Positions 13,879 through 28,313 of a DNA stretch of 64,000 nucleotides are shown piece after piece. Position 1 is the first letter of the stretch, and the number at the start of each line of letters is the position of its first letter. The DNA comes from Epiperipatus broadwayi. Its lineage: Eukaryota > Animalia > Onychophora. The stretch is taken from contig JAQFVV010000001.1 in NCBI GenBank assembly GCA_028023455.1, positions 34,968,001-35,032,000 of the forward strand. Reading direction: 5' to 3'. Below the pieces are notes generated by a model. That model saw only the letters and a list, made by a program, of their open reading frames with translations. It was not told the origin of the DNA and did not search any database. The translations under genes were made by a program, and so were the position numbers.

Positions 13879-15702
13879 AAAATTTTATACATCACATGAC
13901 CTATTAAGTATATTTACTCCGCCTATTGGGCATTATTTCACTTTTCAATAATATAATTAACATTATACATATAAAACTATAAGTAAACAAAATAAAAAAT
14001 ACATTTTTTTTTAAAACTACATAAATACATATATTTTTATAATAGTAAAAAAATCAAGTCATACACCACATAACTTAACTTATTAAGCTTGTACTACATA
14101 TGTAATGAGCATGCTAATAGTTCTAAGCAAGCTTTTCCAATAAATGCTGGAAGAGAAAGCATTTTTACATGCACTTTAAATAATCAAATTTCAATGTTAA
14201 AATTTGTCCATAATGTTGCCTTCTATATATAAAATTAAAAATAATCAATTAAAAACAAAATTGAAATAGATCTATATAGACAAATACCTATATAAATAAA
14301 TAAATATTTTATTCTCTCCCACCCCATTTTTTTTTATAAACTCTCATTCACAATTCTGCCATAATTTTTAAATCTTCCAATTATCTAATAATGCCCATTT
14401 TTCATCTAATTTTGCTGGATCTTTATATTAACACATCTATTCAAATTTTTCTGAATGTATAAAGTTTCATAATATATTCTTTTTTGATAATCTTTAACAT
14501 ATTTTATAAGTCTAATATTCTTCTCACATTCCATTTTATGACCAGTGTCTAAATAATGTAAATGGTTCTGACCTAATATTCTTCCAATTTATTATCTATA
14601 ATGTTCTTTTTCTTTATCACTTATCATTCTTCCTGTCTATCTTATATGTATATATCTTATTATAATTCCCACATTCAATTTTATAAACCATTCTGACCTT
14701 ACTATTAAAACCATTTATCCTATTTATACTACATAACTATCTTCCCAAAGACTTTCCAAGCTATTCTTACATTATCTGGTAATTTCTCTCTTACTAACTT
14801 TTTATATACTTTCCTTGAATATGGAATAGACATTCATTTACAATCTTTATATTTATTCTTAACTTATTTATTTGTATTTATATTTTTATTTCTAAAAATA
14901 ATTTTAATTACGATTCTTTTATATCCTATTTTAACATAATCATTCTCTACTTTTATTTTTTGCTCATATACTTTTTTTTATCTAATGTAAATTTATCATT
15001 TTTTAACTTAAATCTCTTTGAAAACCCTACTTTTTGACACCATGGCTGATATGACTTTGGATTAATTAAACTTCTAATTTTTCTATCTTCAATATAATGC
15101 TTAATCACTATTTTCACAAAAATATCTAAATATTTTAATCTATTTACCTCTTTAAAGCTCTTATTTATTATTATTCAATTCATTAAATACCTTATCAATA
15201 CTTCCACTATTTCCAGTAACAATAATATCATCCAAATACCTATAATATTCTATAATTCATTTATTCTTTATAAACTCACTTACTATACTTTCTTCTATAT
15301 TACTTGCAATAACTGATAATAATATCCTACTGATCGAACACCCCATAACCCATCCCTTTTCTATACTCCAAAATTCTTTTTTATATTTAAAATACAAAAC
15401 TTCATCTATTGCTAATAATGTTTCATAAATAATATATATCCAATTTTCTGACAAAACATTATTTATTTTCAATTTATTCATAACTATTTCTATACTATTT
15501 TTTCTAGGTACACTTTGATACATTTTCTCAATATTAAATGATGCAATAATTCCATTTCTATTTAATTTAATATTATTTAACAGATTCAATTTTTTTTCAG
15601 AATTTTTTAGCCAATATTTTCCAAATCCAATTGCTTCTACAATCTTTTTATATACTAAATTACATATATTTTTAACATTTAAAATACAAGGAACTAAATC
15701 AA

Positions 15703-15954
15703 ATCTTTATATAACAACAAAATAATATATGACAATAATTGTAATATAATCATATAATCACAACATAAAAAAGATATTTTCGGCAATTTTTAATTTTTAA
15801 TGTCGCTATGTATGCAATATAGTTTTTATTTTTTTGTAGTTAACCAAGACATTTTGGCAAAAATTAAAAATTGCAGAAAAGAGCTTTTTTATGTTATGAT
15901 TATATGATTATGTTACAGCTATTGTCATATACTATTTTGTTATTATATAAAGAT
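15703..15954. mobile_element. AT-rich foldback/MITE-like insertion (~105-bp inverted arms) inside the PLE
   Basis: atctttatataacaacaaaataatatatgacaata... is mirrored by ...tattgtcatatactattttgttattatataaagat, with a short spacer; interrupts the PLE RT region. Confidence 0.7.
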
Positions 15955-17544
15955 ATTTTATTCTATATCATATCTAGGATTTATATATTTGTAAGTATAT
16001 AATTATTAAAATCCAAAATTATCCTTATTGACATATTCTCTTTATGATCTTAACTTTTCCTACTATAAATGGATGCTCAAAACTTGTAGGATATAACCAC
16101 TTATATTCTTTTTCATTGATTAAATTCATTTTCATATAGTTCAGCACTCACTTATACCTTGTTTTAATCTTATTTCCAGGATCTTCACTTAATTTTTTGT
16201 AAGCTTGTTTAACCATATCTTTATCTATTTTTCTTTCATAGTCCAAGTCATTTAAAATGATAAATCTTGAACCTTTATCCTAATTAAACTTTCTTTCTTT
16301 ACCTTCTTAACAATTTTATGTATTATAGAGTTTTGTTTCAATTCCTTCTTATTATATTTAAATAATATTTACAGTATTATTAATTTTTAACTGTAATTCA
16401 ATTTTTAAATCATTTTTTATATTTACTGCTTCCACACTTACATAGTTGCCCTTTGAACCTCATTATTTACAAACAGTACATACCTAACTCCTGGTATGTA
16501 AAAATCTTGATTGTTCATTATCAAATTCCACATTAGATAAATTTATAAAATTATTTTTTTCTTTATTCATTTACACACACTCACAATACCATATATTCAT
16601 TAACTGAACACTTTATAATACAATTTAATATAAAATAGAAAGAATAAATTCTATTTTATATTCAATTGTAAAATGTTTAATTAAGGAGTATATGGTATTT
16701 TATATACTGTATTAAAATTATTTATGAGTTCATTAGAAATCATTAGAATATATATATATGGCTATTTAGTAAAGTAGTCTATTAGTAAGTATAACCAAAT
16801 GAAATATATTTTACAGTCTATTTTTACTATACAGAGTATATATGTTTGAAGTAATAAAAAGTTATAAATATTTTTAAAAGACTTCAGATATAAAAAAAAT
16901 TGATGTTATAATATTACATTAAAAAAAGGTAATTATGTATTAGACTTTTCACATACATAATCAGTTTGCTAATAACTTTCTAATCTTGCAATCTCATCTA
17001 ATAACATGTACAGTGGAACTTCTGACAAACTTAAGTGCTAAATTTGTCAAAACAAACCCTGTGTATACATTATTTCATGATATTTTCACAAGATTTAGAA
17101 AGTTATTAGCAGACTGATATGGATTTGAAAAGGCGTAGCAGCTCTAATATGTAACACTAATAGCACCAGAGTAATATGTTAACCTGAAAAAGTACATTTT
17201 AACAATATGAAAATTATAAATTTGTACACAAAAATAATAAAAACACATTATGATAATAAATAAAAACAAATAGTTGTGTGAGTTTTTAAAATGGCATTGT
17301 GCCATTGCACCCCCCAAGATATGGTATTTTGCTATTGCAAACACAGGCAGCAATTTCTAAATTTTACTTAAAATTAAAAAATACTATGTATATTAACTCT
17401 GGCATGAAATGACAAAATGGCCACTAAAACAAAATTAACAACAACAACAACAACAAAAATACTCCATAAACAAAATGAAAAATAAATAAATTTACTATTA
17501 CATCTATCTATTCATTCACTTAAAATCAAACCATTCTTACCATG

Positions 17545-17720
17545 TATATATAACAGGAATTGTCATGATGAAACAATCATGTGTCTCTTCTTCAGAAAGC
17601 CTCCCTGACCATAACTACTTGCATTTTCCTTGGTAGCAGGCAGAAAATGCCAAATTTAATAATTTATTTACAAATCCCAAAAAAGAATAAATGCATTAAC
17701 TACAAAATGGACAGTGACAC
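17545..17720 (-). mobile_element. mariner transposase remnant
   Basis: Minus-strand pieces VNAFILFWD..., WHFLPA, VREAF.RR..LFHHDN parallel mariner 'vml.vFWD...eFLP...lreai.rkR...lhHDNA'. Confidence 0.35.
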
Positions 17721-17912
17721 AAAAAAAAAAATACGTCTTTTAACTATTTCAAAAAGTAGAAAATGGACAGATAAAAATAAAAACTATATCCTACTCAAAA
17801 TTTTACAAAATAAAGAGTTAACACATGTATGTGTTTATGCAATATAATAGCAGCATCAGAATCTTGATTGAGAAATGTGTCTAACTACATTTATTTAGTT
17901 TAAAATCAAAAA

Positions 17913-18191
17913 CAAAAAAAATAGTAAACTTTTATTAAAAGAGAATCAATGAGAACTGATTTTTTAAATATTATCCAGAATGCAAAGAAAAGGGTTACCT
18001 TCTTTGTGCATCTGGAAGATTATAGTCCTTCAGTTTTATACACTTTATGGGATAAAAAAAAGTAAACTTTTATTAAAATGGAATGAATGTGGTGGACTAA
18101 TTTTTAATATTATCCAGACTGCAAATGAAAGCTTTATCTTCTTTGTGCAGTCTCTGCAGGCAGATCATAGTTCTTCAGTTTTATACACTTT
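17913..18191. repeat. ~140-bp tandem duplication overlapping the Merlin remnant
   Basis: agtaaacttttattaaaa...aatattatccaga.tgcaaa...cttctttgtgca...cttcagttttatacacttt occurs twice. Confidence 0.8.
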
Positions 18192-18330
18192 CCAGAAATT
18201 TGAATAAATTGTTGAGCCCTCTTCTACATCTTGTTTGATTGCTTTCATGTTCTATCCTCAATTGCCTTGATGAAACAAAAACTCACAACTATCTGTTTTT
18301 ATTTGGTATCATACTGTGTTTTTATTGTAT
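18140..18330 (-). mobile_element. Merlin/ISXO2-like transposase remnant
   Basis: Minus strand IKQDVEEGSTIYSNFWKVYKTEEL matches the Merlin/IS1595-type 'Ik..v.pGstIySD.WkaY' core. Confidence 0.55.
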
Positions 18331-20499
18331 TTGTGTACAAATTTATCACTTAAGTTTGTCAGAAGTTTAGGTGTTCACGTTATTTGATGAAATCATAGTG
18401 TTTATATGATGGGATCACAAGGTTAGAAATTTATTGGCAAAATGACACCAATGTGAAAAGATGTAGCAGTCTAATAGATAAGTACCAAAAATATATACAA
18501 AAATAAAAGTATTAAAAATAGTATTTATTTTGATAAGAAAAAACATGCTCAATAACTAACAGATAAAACAAATACTCCATGGAAAAATATGAATGATCAA
18601 AGTGGTACAGCTTTACCACGCAGTAATCAGCGAGATGAGTTATCTATCTAAAATGACTATATTATATACAAATTAATAGTTAATTTTATTCTCATTTTCT
18701 TTATTATTATTAAAACTGATTTTTAAATATTTAAGAGTATTAACACATTCTCTTATTAAAAATAACTAAATTCTAAAGTTATACCACATTTCATTAATTA
18801 ATGTTTACTATATCATTCATCATCACTAGAAAATAATTTCTTACAGCAGCAAATCAGTTGCTTTGAATGCATGATATAACGTTTATTTTCTCTGTATAAA
18901 TATTAACTAAAATTGAAATAAACCAACAATTCTATCTTATATTTCTACTTAGAAAAAATAATTTGCAAGCAAATTATTTCGACTTGAAGATATCAGCTAT
19001 CACTTGTACAGATTCTATATCAATCTTTTCCTCATCAATCTCTATATTTTTTCTTTCAAAACATTTAACAAAATAAACAAATCAATCAAATGACTTTAAA
19101 AAAATATTAAAGAAACAAATATTAAACTTCCTGATTTTTTTTTTTTAAAAAATATTATTTAACAATAAATAGTTCTTAAACTTCAACTGCGTCTGTAATC
19201 TTCTCATTCTTTATAAAGTTAAATTGCTCTTCATATAAAATTTAATAAGTAAAAATTTTTTTGATTAAAACATTCGTTGCATCTTAATATTTAAATCATG
19301 TTTTTTTATAAAAAATAAATAAACTGTTCACTGTCAAGGTATAAATTCAACTGTTTAGCACACACACACAACATATATATATATAATTATTTAACTACTT
19401 CAATATTATTCGACACTTTGTCTAAAATTTATAAACTACTCGATCTTTACTTAATGTTTTATGTTATCTATAATTTTTTCTTCATTATTTTACTAACTTA
19501 TTGTTATTAGTCTATTTTACTTCATTTAAAACTGGTAACGTTTATTATTTTTATTTTAGCCCTGAGAAATGTCTGTATGTGTTTATAATCTTAGCCTGAC
19601 CAAGGCAATGAAAATTTTCGGCTATCCCCATCTCTTTGTTAATCAAATGTTGTTTGGCTTATTGAATAAGATAACTATGTGATAAGTAAATATATTTCTA
19701 ACATACAACTTAATTGCAGTTGTCAGTTATTAGTAAATCATTGTCCACTTTTGTTTCAGAAAATACTAAAATACATATATATTGTCAATTTTTAGAACGA
19801 CATATGACGTTCCAGTACCAAAGTGATAGGCTGAGGACAATAATTTATTCAGTTAAATAAACTGATTTTTTTTAAAACTTTCATCATCTGAGAATTGATT
19901 CTGAAACATTTAGCCATACGACTAAGCCAAAACATGCAAGACAAGAAAAGTCTATATTTCTAAAAACTGGTTTTTCCTAAATGATTCACTACATTATAGA
20001 TCCTACTCTTTCTATGCAAATCTTATTTTTAGTTCTGTTTATCTGATTTTAATTATTACACTTTATATATCTTCACATTTTTCAATATTATTTTTTTTAT
20101 TCTTTAAACTATTTTATTAAATATTTAGCCAGTAAAAAGAAGAAATTTTGCATTATATTTTTCATATAACCAGTTATCTCATTAACTGCTTAATGATTTT
20201 CCCCCCCATCAAAATAATTAGTTTCTATAATAAATTATAATCAAAAATTAAATAAGCTTAAAAACATGAATAAATAATTTATTTGGGATTAATGCATCCT
20301 CTAGCTAAAAGATTTTGATCATTAAAAGGTAGGGAAACAAGGACTCCAGTTGATTCTGTTTCTGGCTCCTGTTTTAGTTTCTTTTTTTTAGTTTGGGGGA
20401 TTAATTTTCTTTAAAACTATTCCTCTTTAAAAAATGAGTTTCTAGGCAACACGTTATAACAAGTAAAAATAATTTCAACCTTTATAAAAATGCTGTGCA

Positions 20500-21640
20500 A
20501 ATTATAGGGCAGCCATTTTTCCTTTTAATGAAAATTCTTAATTTCACTCAGTTTTTCTGAGTGGATGAGAGGGTCTAGTTGTCAGGAGGGGCCCCGAGAG
20601 CCTAAATCCTAGTTCTGTTGAGTATGGAAGCTGGGATGAGGGTGCTGTGGGGTCATTTCTGCCATTGAACTTCTCATTCATAAGAAAAAAAAAGAACATT
20701 ATTTTTAGCAGTTTTTTTTAGCATTATTCTTATAAATGATTTTATCCATGTATTATTGCAAAATAAGCTGCAATTTGGTCTAATGGTTTTAATTGCAGGT
20801 GATTCACCTTAATTATTTCTATTATTTTCAATGTGGGTATTGATAGGGTTGGACCTTTGCTGTTCATGTGGTTTTTCATGGAGGATTGGAATGGTTTTCA
20901 GCAGAGACAATTTAAAGCTGTTTTTTTCCTTGTTTTCCATAGTTCTTCCAAAGTATACTGGATTGCTCTCTTCTGGGGATATTCAAAGCCATTTGGGAGA
21001 ACTTAATAGTAGATTGACTTAGTCTGTATTTTATATTGTCTCAAGTGTTTTCCTATTCCTCAACTTATCTACTGCAAATTGGATTTTTCAATATTGTACT
21101 CCTAAAGCGCTATTCATATTTGAACTCTAGACATAATTCCTAATTATAACCTAGGTTTACTTTTAATAATTAACTGCCTCATGGACTGATGCTTTAAACA
21201 TTCACAGGTTGATCAATTCTTAGAAATGCTATGGACAAAAACACAGTGTCTGATTTTAGATCTCTATATTACACAATGTAAATCAAAGTTTATCTTGTAA
21301 AACATGTTGTAGCAATAAAGTTTAATCCTATTTTTTTTTTTTTTTTAAATTTGCTTTATGTTCACTGTATTTATTTTTTCTATAAAGACTTCTTCTTAAG
21401 ATTTAAATTTGTACTGAAGATTGCTCATATAAAATTTTGGGGCCACAGAATTGTGCAAGTATTGTAAACTTGAACCTATTTCCAATTTTTTCACATATTA
21501 ACAGAGTTATAAATAGTCAAAATAAGAGTCATAGATCACATGACTATCTCTTAATCTTGTAAGTTATAAAACAATGAGGATTGCCAATTCTTCTACAAGC
21601 TTTGTGTTAAATGCTTAGCCAGAGCCAGCACTTAAAATAT
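20500..21640 (-). mobile_element. Possible internally deleted Penelope-like remnant
   Basis: Minus-strand NPVYFGRT and downstream residues weakly resemble GIY-YIG; KIGNRFKF weakly resembles the PLE N-terminal region. Confidence 0.25.
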
Positions 21641-21817
21641 CCCTGTCAGGAACCCTCCCCAAACCCTTGACAGATATATTTTAAGTGCTGGTTCTGGCTA
21701 AGCATTTAACACAAAGCTTGTAGAGGAATTGGCAATCCTCATTGTTTTATAACTTACAAGCTTAAGAGATAGGATCATGTGATCTATGATTCTTATTTTG
21801 ACTATTTATAGTCTCTG
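21502..21817. repeat. Long palindrome: ~140-bp inverted arms, 35-nt spacer
   Basis: 21502-21640 is the reverse complement of 21676-21817 with only a few substitutions and small indels. Confidence 0.95.
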
Positions 21818-22106
21818 CCATAAGTCTTATGCAATTTTTATATTGCTAAGACAACTACTATATGGTATGGCTAAAGATATATCAGCCCCATATAGCTATT
21901 TGAGATGGATAGCTGGGTTTGAAGACATGTAGATGTCTGAAAATTTCAGATTTTCCACTCAATTGATAACTTTTAGTTAAATGCTGTCTTTGGGTTGGTA
22001 TTTTTAGATCTAGTGTCTGAACTTACCCTGACACCTCTCTGAGAAGTGCCAAAGCACAAAACCATGGTCAGGGGTTTAGAGAGGAGTTCCTGACAGGGAT
22101 ATTTTA
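21633..22106. mobile_element. Segment bounded by ~40-bp inverted repeats (TIR-like), interlocked with the palindrome
   Basis: taaaatatccctgtcaggaaccctccccaaacccttgac (21633-21672) pairs with gtcaggggtttagagaggagttcctgacagggatatttta (22067-22106). Confidence 0.6.
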
Positions 22107-23300
22107 TTAATAAAGTTACTTTTGTTATTATCATAGGTATTCTTCAAAATATTACTTTCCTCTTTTTCTTATTTTCATTATATAATTAATTCTTTCATTT
22201 TATTTTTTGCTCTTTAGTTTCTGATATATGAACTATAACTTTTCAAGAATATTGATGATATATGTAAATATACTGTTCAAAAATTTTAATCAAAATGTTT
22301 AATTGTTTTTTAAAAACTGTTTATATATCTTTTCCATATTCTTTCAGTTTTTATCATTTAGACTCTCAACGTATCTATCTTTTTATGTTTAGCATTAGAT
22401 TCTCAAAATTTTCTACTTGATCCATTAATTTCCTTTTATAATTATATATATATATATATTTTTTAAATTATTTAATATCATTAAAAAAAAGAATAGGAAA
22501 ATTATAATTATAAAAATGAAAAAAACAAAAAAAAAAAAAAAAACATGAATGAACAGAAATGGATTTGTAAAAAAAAATAAAAATACAGTGGTTATGAAAT
22601 TTTTGGAACACATAAAAATGAATCACAAAACAATAATTTTATATGCCATATTGCCTTCAGATTTTTTGATATATTTTTAGTCCTGCTCTCATTAATCATT
22701 CTTAAAACTTACATATATATCAAAAATAAACCTAGTTCATATTGCTAGTTAAAAATTCAAATATGTCAATCACTCCCCTCTTAATGCAAATATTTTCAGC
22801 AATGCTAACTGTGAAAAAAGACAAAATCTGAATAGCTTATATATTGTCTATAATTATGGCAATTTAAAATGTCTATTTAAATATGCAGTTACATACTTAA
22901 CCAATTAAGTCTTTCAAATTTGTAAAGAAATCTTAAACTATAACTCAGTATAAAATCTTCTGATTTTTTGTAATAGGTGTATGTATCTGTTGAGACATTC
23001 TTATCTAAGGGTGAAAATGCTTATTTTAATGCTTATTATATTTTAATCATTACATTGTATTTGCAATTTAACAATACCAATAAATTTGTGATTTATTACA
23101 CACACACATGTATATAAATTCAAAGTTCACTAGAAGCTGAGTAAGGAAAGCATTAATTATATCCATAAGAAGATATTAGAAATGAAATTAGGCTCCAATA
23201 AAAGAATTATTACCATCAAAATAGAAGTTTTATATGAAGTGAATAATATCATAAAAATGAATGGCTTTATTGCTCAGGTGTTTTCAAGAAGAGTGAAAAA

Positions 23301-23740
23301 GCTCAATATGGTTTGTGGATCTTAAGCATCAGAATCTATCATTTTATTGTTGCACTAAATCATTCAGGGTAAATAATCAAAAGCTCACTTGAGAATTCCT
23401 AAGAAGTTTGAGCACTGGAAGTGACGCAATCCATGGATCTTGTATTCTAGAGGCTACCACTCTATAACTGCACTAAACCATGCAGGACATATATAATCTA
23501 TGCATTAAAATATGTTTATGCTTGTGATTGAAACAAGTTAGAAAATGTTTCTTACCATAACCTTAAACACATACTGCCACCTGCTATTCACAATTACATG
23601 TGAGTGTAACACCAGAATACTGCAAATGAATATTAGAATCTGATTTCAATCTCACTTCCCTGTGAAGTGACCAGTTGGTCATAATCCATGGATCTTGAGC
23701 TTCAGTATCTGCTGTTCTACTATTACTACAAACCATATGG
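23301..23740 (-). mobile_element. Three diverged tRNA-derived SINE-head copies (23301-23369, 23415-23485, 23661-23740)
   Basis: Minus-strand ggtttagtgc/gtagt..aga.. A-box-like start followed by aagatcca(c/t) segment in all three; a similar copy lies near 30640-30710. Confidence 0.4.
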
Positions 23741-24279
23741 AGCAATGATTATATGAATTAAAGAACAGTAGTTTATAATAAAAAATCAAAAGTAAAATCT
23801 CATGGTAACAAACACATTCTTAAATTCATTAATATATGCAATTATCTTATAAAGCCATCTATGTTTATAATTATGCTACAAACAGCTTTATCAATGGACA
23901 GCTTGAGTATGTATGAAGTAAAATTTTATAGATTCTAGCAAGCTTTACAAATATAATGATGTGGTTTGTGAGATTCTCAGAATAACATAACAAAAAAAGT
24001 CAGTTTAGTCTCACTGAATAGAAACATTAAACAAATCTGCAGTTATGGTGCTCTAATGTCACATGATTTGCTAAACAACTAACCCATATGATTATTTATT
24101 TTACCTATTCCGATCTTCCCTGTTGGTTAATGAAGTATGACAAACTTAAAAATTAAATGTTTCTGGCTAAAAGCTTAACTCTGCTTGAATATCAAGTGAT
24201 CTCTCCAGCAATTAATTATTTGTATAATTCCTTGTTAGACACAACATTAAAACTATGTATTTGTATTCTTTCTCACTGA

Positions 24280-25240
24280 TATTTTTAATGAATATATAGT
24301 AAATTAAAAGAGAAAATTTTCTGTTTTAATAATTTATGAATGTTTGTTTATCAGGCTGAAATTTTAATGAAAGTTTAATTATTTAAGAATGAAGTAAAAC
24401 TATTATCATTTGTCGAGTATATCCTGAATTTAAGTGATCACATTTAATATAATTACTGAATTATCTATTACCCACTCAGAATATATTGGAAATCCATTTT
24501 TCTTTACTAATGCTAAATTTCTTGGGTTGGGACTAGAACAATAGATTTTGTCAGTTTTAGTAAGTACTATATATTAAAGAGCAACATTTTTTTAAAAAAT
24601 AACATTAAAATCCAAGCATAATTTTTCCTTTTTTATATTAATAAGTTTTACTATCTGAAATCATTAAGAAAATAATTTATTTATCCTACTTGAATAATTT
24701 ATTTTATAGAAAAAATAATTTGAATTTTTTTAATTGCAAAAAAAAGTATTGTTACTTGATATTTATTTATAAATAAAAATAATTAATATATAATAGTTCA
24801 TACAGATGCTGGAATTTCGTGAATAATAATGAACCAATATATATATATTATCAATTCGTCTACACTGAAATTTGATTTTAACGAAACAAAAGAATAAACT
24901 GGATTTAAAAGTTCTTTTAGAATTATGACATAAAAATGAATTTTTTAAAATGAGATTTCAAACAAATCCCCCCCCCCCCCCAGATCCAACCCTAAAGTTA
25001 GCTGGATTTGATTTTCCTAAACATTATTGAAAATTTATTAATAGATTCAGAGTGACTATTGGACATTGTGCTCATGTGATCTATGTAAGATGGAAAACCC
25101 AAATCACGAAATATATAGTAGATGATTATTATTTTTATGACTACAGTAAAGAACTCAAGGATTTAATAAAAACATTACTGATTCTATTTCCTGGTTGGAA
25201 TCCCTACAGATTTGTTAGTAGTCAAGTTATTTAAAAAAAT
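24280..25240 (+). mobile_element. Highly degraded I-group LINE remnant
   Basis: KFLG motif (~24515) and RVTIGH.. (~25048, cf. 'RLRIGH' of the I-clade C-terminus). Confidence 0.3.
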
Positions 25241-25799
25241 CCTTATACTAAATAAATAAAAGACAACACATTAGTAGATTAAAAGAAAGCAAATCCACAT
25301 ATGTGCATACTCAAATTTATGAAATAAAATATATATAATCTTGGAATATGAATTGTTTTCTTTCTCTTCTGCATCAATTATTTTTATTTTATTGCATAGA
25401 ATTGCTATTATTATTAACTCTTATGTTTTGAGGCCATTTTAAACAAATTTTTTAATCAACAGTTTACAGAAGTAATATGGTAAATCTGAAATACTATATA
25501 ATCACTATGTGATTGACTGCCTGTGAGAGATGAAGGAATAGATAATTGAAAGATAATTCATAATGTCGTTTATATAAAAAATACATGCGAGAAATTTATA
25601 ATTTAAAATTAAAAATTTTTCATTTTTATTTACTATTCTCTTAAGACATAGTTTACTGAAACTGCATTTACTGAAAGGCATATATATATAATTATGCATG
25701 CATCCTCTAGTACTGTATCATAATTTTTTATTATTATACAATTAAATGTGCATTCTTTATTTACATTGACTAAATTACAGTGGTTGAAGAGTTAAGATG

Positions 25800-25962
<163 letters not shown>

Positions 25963-27841
25963 GTATTTACTTATTTATCTATCTATCAATCTACTTACCT
26001 CCCTCCCTACCTATCTATCTATCAGTATAATTATATATTTATCTACCTATCTATTCATCCAGCATTAATCTATCAATTCATCTATCTACATATTCATTCA
26101 TTGATCAATCTATCTATTTATATGTCTATTTATGTATATCAATCCATCCATGCATCTATTTATCTATATAATTATCTATTTACCAATATACGTAACAAAA
26201 ACAAAATAACAATATAAATGTAAACAAACTGTAGCAATAACAAAACTTTAACAATGCAATTAACATTTTTTTGAGTCATATTTAAAAATTTTTTTAATAA
26301 AAACTAATTTAAAAGTATAGAATTCCTTAGTTATAATTTTACTGCAATTAGTAAAAAAAAATAGATCAAATAAATTAAAATTATAAAATATTTCAATCAA
26401 GCAAAGTTAAAGCATTATTTTGACATTTATGAGAATAAAATTCAGTTACTATTACTATAATTTCAATATTACATTTTCTAAGTTGAAATTTTATATAATC
26501 CAACACCCAAAAATGATTAAATTATCTCAGTTGATGATATGATAATCTATTTTATATGCTGTGAAATAATTTATGATAAAGAGTTAGATCATTTTTTACT
26601 GATATTTGCATTGTAATTTTAATATAAAATTATTTCAATGGAATGGTAGCCATTTTATATTTTAGTTTTTAGTTTTATCCATAAATAGAAAGTATTATTA
26701 AAAGATGAAAAAGTAGTAAAGTGCAAAGGTCAACTTAAGTTAGGGATTATTTATATTATGTTAATAAAAATAGAAGGATAATTTTTATTTTATTTCTAAA
26801 GCTGATTTTTTTTTTTTAAAAATATTTTAAACGATATTTTTAATAAACTTTATTTAAACTGAAGACATATATACATAAAAATCAATTGTATAGTTTGAGC
26901 TTTAATTTGATTGTGTTTAATTTTCTGAATGAAAGTTAAACGTTTTTTTTTTTGTAAAAAGCATATCTTCTCAATATTTCAGTTAATATTTATATGATGA
27001 AATCATATCATAATGCATAGCTTCAAACTTGAGTTACAGAAGTAAATGTAACAGTTCTAATACTTAAAAAACTTTAATTCTTTTTATTTTGATCTGATGA
27101 TTCACTTGACCAGTAGTCAATGATTAGTTTTCATTTAGATATGACATTGACTTGTTATTTTTTTTTTACAGATCAGTCACTTTTCAAACTGCCTTTTTCA
27201 CATTCATTGCTGTCTAGTCATGGACCCTTTGCAAAATTTTTCTCATGAATAGTTTTTATTAAATTTCAAATGATTATCATTTTATTTAAAAAATAACATT
27301 CATATCTTCTCTTTGTTTTTTATAATTCAGATATAAAAAAAAATTAGAAATATCTAAAAACAATTAACTTCATCCAAACCTCTTATTAAAAACTTTTTTT
27401 TTTTTTGCTTTTTAAAATAGTCTTATAAGGAAATCCTATATTTTAAAAGATCAATTGAAGCATAAAATTTATCCGAAATTAATATTTTAAAATTTGTAAT
27501 ATTTAGATGGTAAAATAAATTATTTTTTTTATAATAACAATTATATAAGATTATTTATTTTTTAAAAAGTAATTCTACTTAATTACTATAATCAATATTA
27601 CTTCCAATTTTTTAAGCATATATAATTATTATGATATTAAAATTATAAATATATTACTATTTTTTGTTTTGCATTATGTAGGTGGATCATTTGCCTTAGA
27701 TCCTGCACTTTAGAGATTCACAATAGTCAAGATATAAATTTTTAAAATTTATTCATCACTTATTAGTCACAATTTTTTATGATTGAAGCCTTTCAAATTT
27801 TTTTGATAAATGACAAATATAAAATACATTATTATGTATTT

Positions 27842-27873
<32 letters not shown>

Positions 27874-27959
27874 CACATTCCAAGTTATTTTTGTTTTTTT
27901 ATATTAAATTAATAAAAAATATCTAAGAACTCAAAAGAATTGTCTAATTTCATATTACT

Positions 27960-28313
27960 ATAATTCCTACAGATACATCTCCACCAAAAGGAAAAAATAA
28001 CCTCTTTCATTGTTTAATGAAACAATTTTCCTCCTATATTATTACTAATAACCAGGTCTTTGAAAAAAAAATTAAATACTGGGAAGTGTATACAATTTTG
28101 GATGGTACTCATCAGAATATAAACTCAGCACCCATTCTTAATATTAATAATAAACAAATAATAAAGAAATTCAAATACTGGTACCTGGAACCTAAATACC
28201 TTGACTTTATAATAAAGATCAATTTGGTGGCTCTCCCTACTAATCATTTTCTTTCCCAAAAAATATTTTTTTACAAATATTGCCCCAATTTGCCCCCTTT
28301 GTCATCGGGATGA
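27960..28313 (+). mobile_element. L1/Tx1-type LINE C-terminal (zf-RVT-like) remnant
   Basis: ORF 28017-28313 KYWYLEPKYLDFIIKINLVALPTNHFLSQK..YCPN parallels 'W...pk..dF.wkl.h.aLPTn..L......CP.C'. Confidence 0.4.

Larger units (their letters stand above)
13835..16560 (-). mobile_element. Penelope-like element, near full length, degraded (N-terminal region, RT, GIY-YIG region, 3' HHR)
   Basis: Minus strand: DKGSRFIILNDLDYERKID..YKKLSEDP (~16150-16300); HPFIVGKVKNHKENMSIRII (~16040); ORF 15257-15589 with FNIEKMYQSVP and GWVMGCSIS; YLDDIIV (~15230); NPKSYQPWCQK (~15050); hammerhead motif at 13835-13878. Confidence 0.8.

Noticed and set aside
18560-18650. Exon candidates on either strand
   Set aside because: The + strand acceptor lacks a pyrimidine tract; the - strand candidate has stops in all three frames.
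27172-27250. Strong + strand acceptor with short open frames
   Set aside because: Frames end in stops and no donor follows; no independent support.
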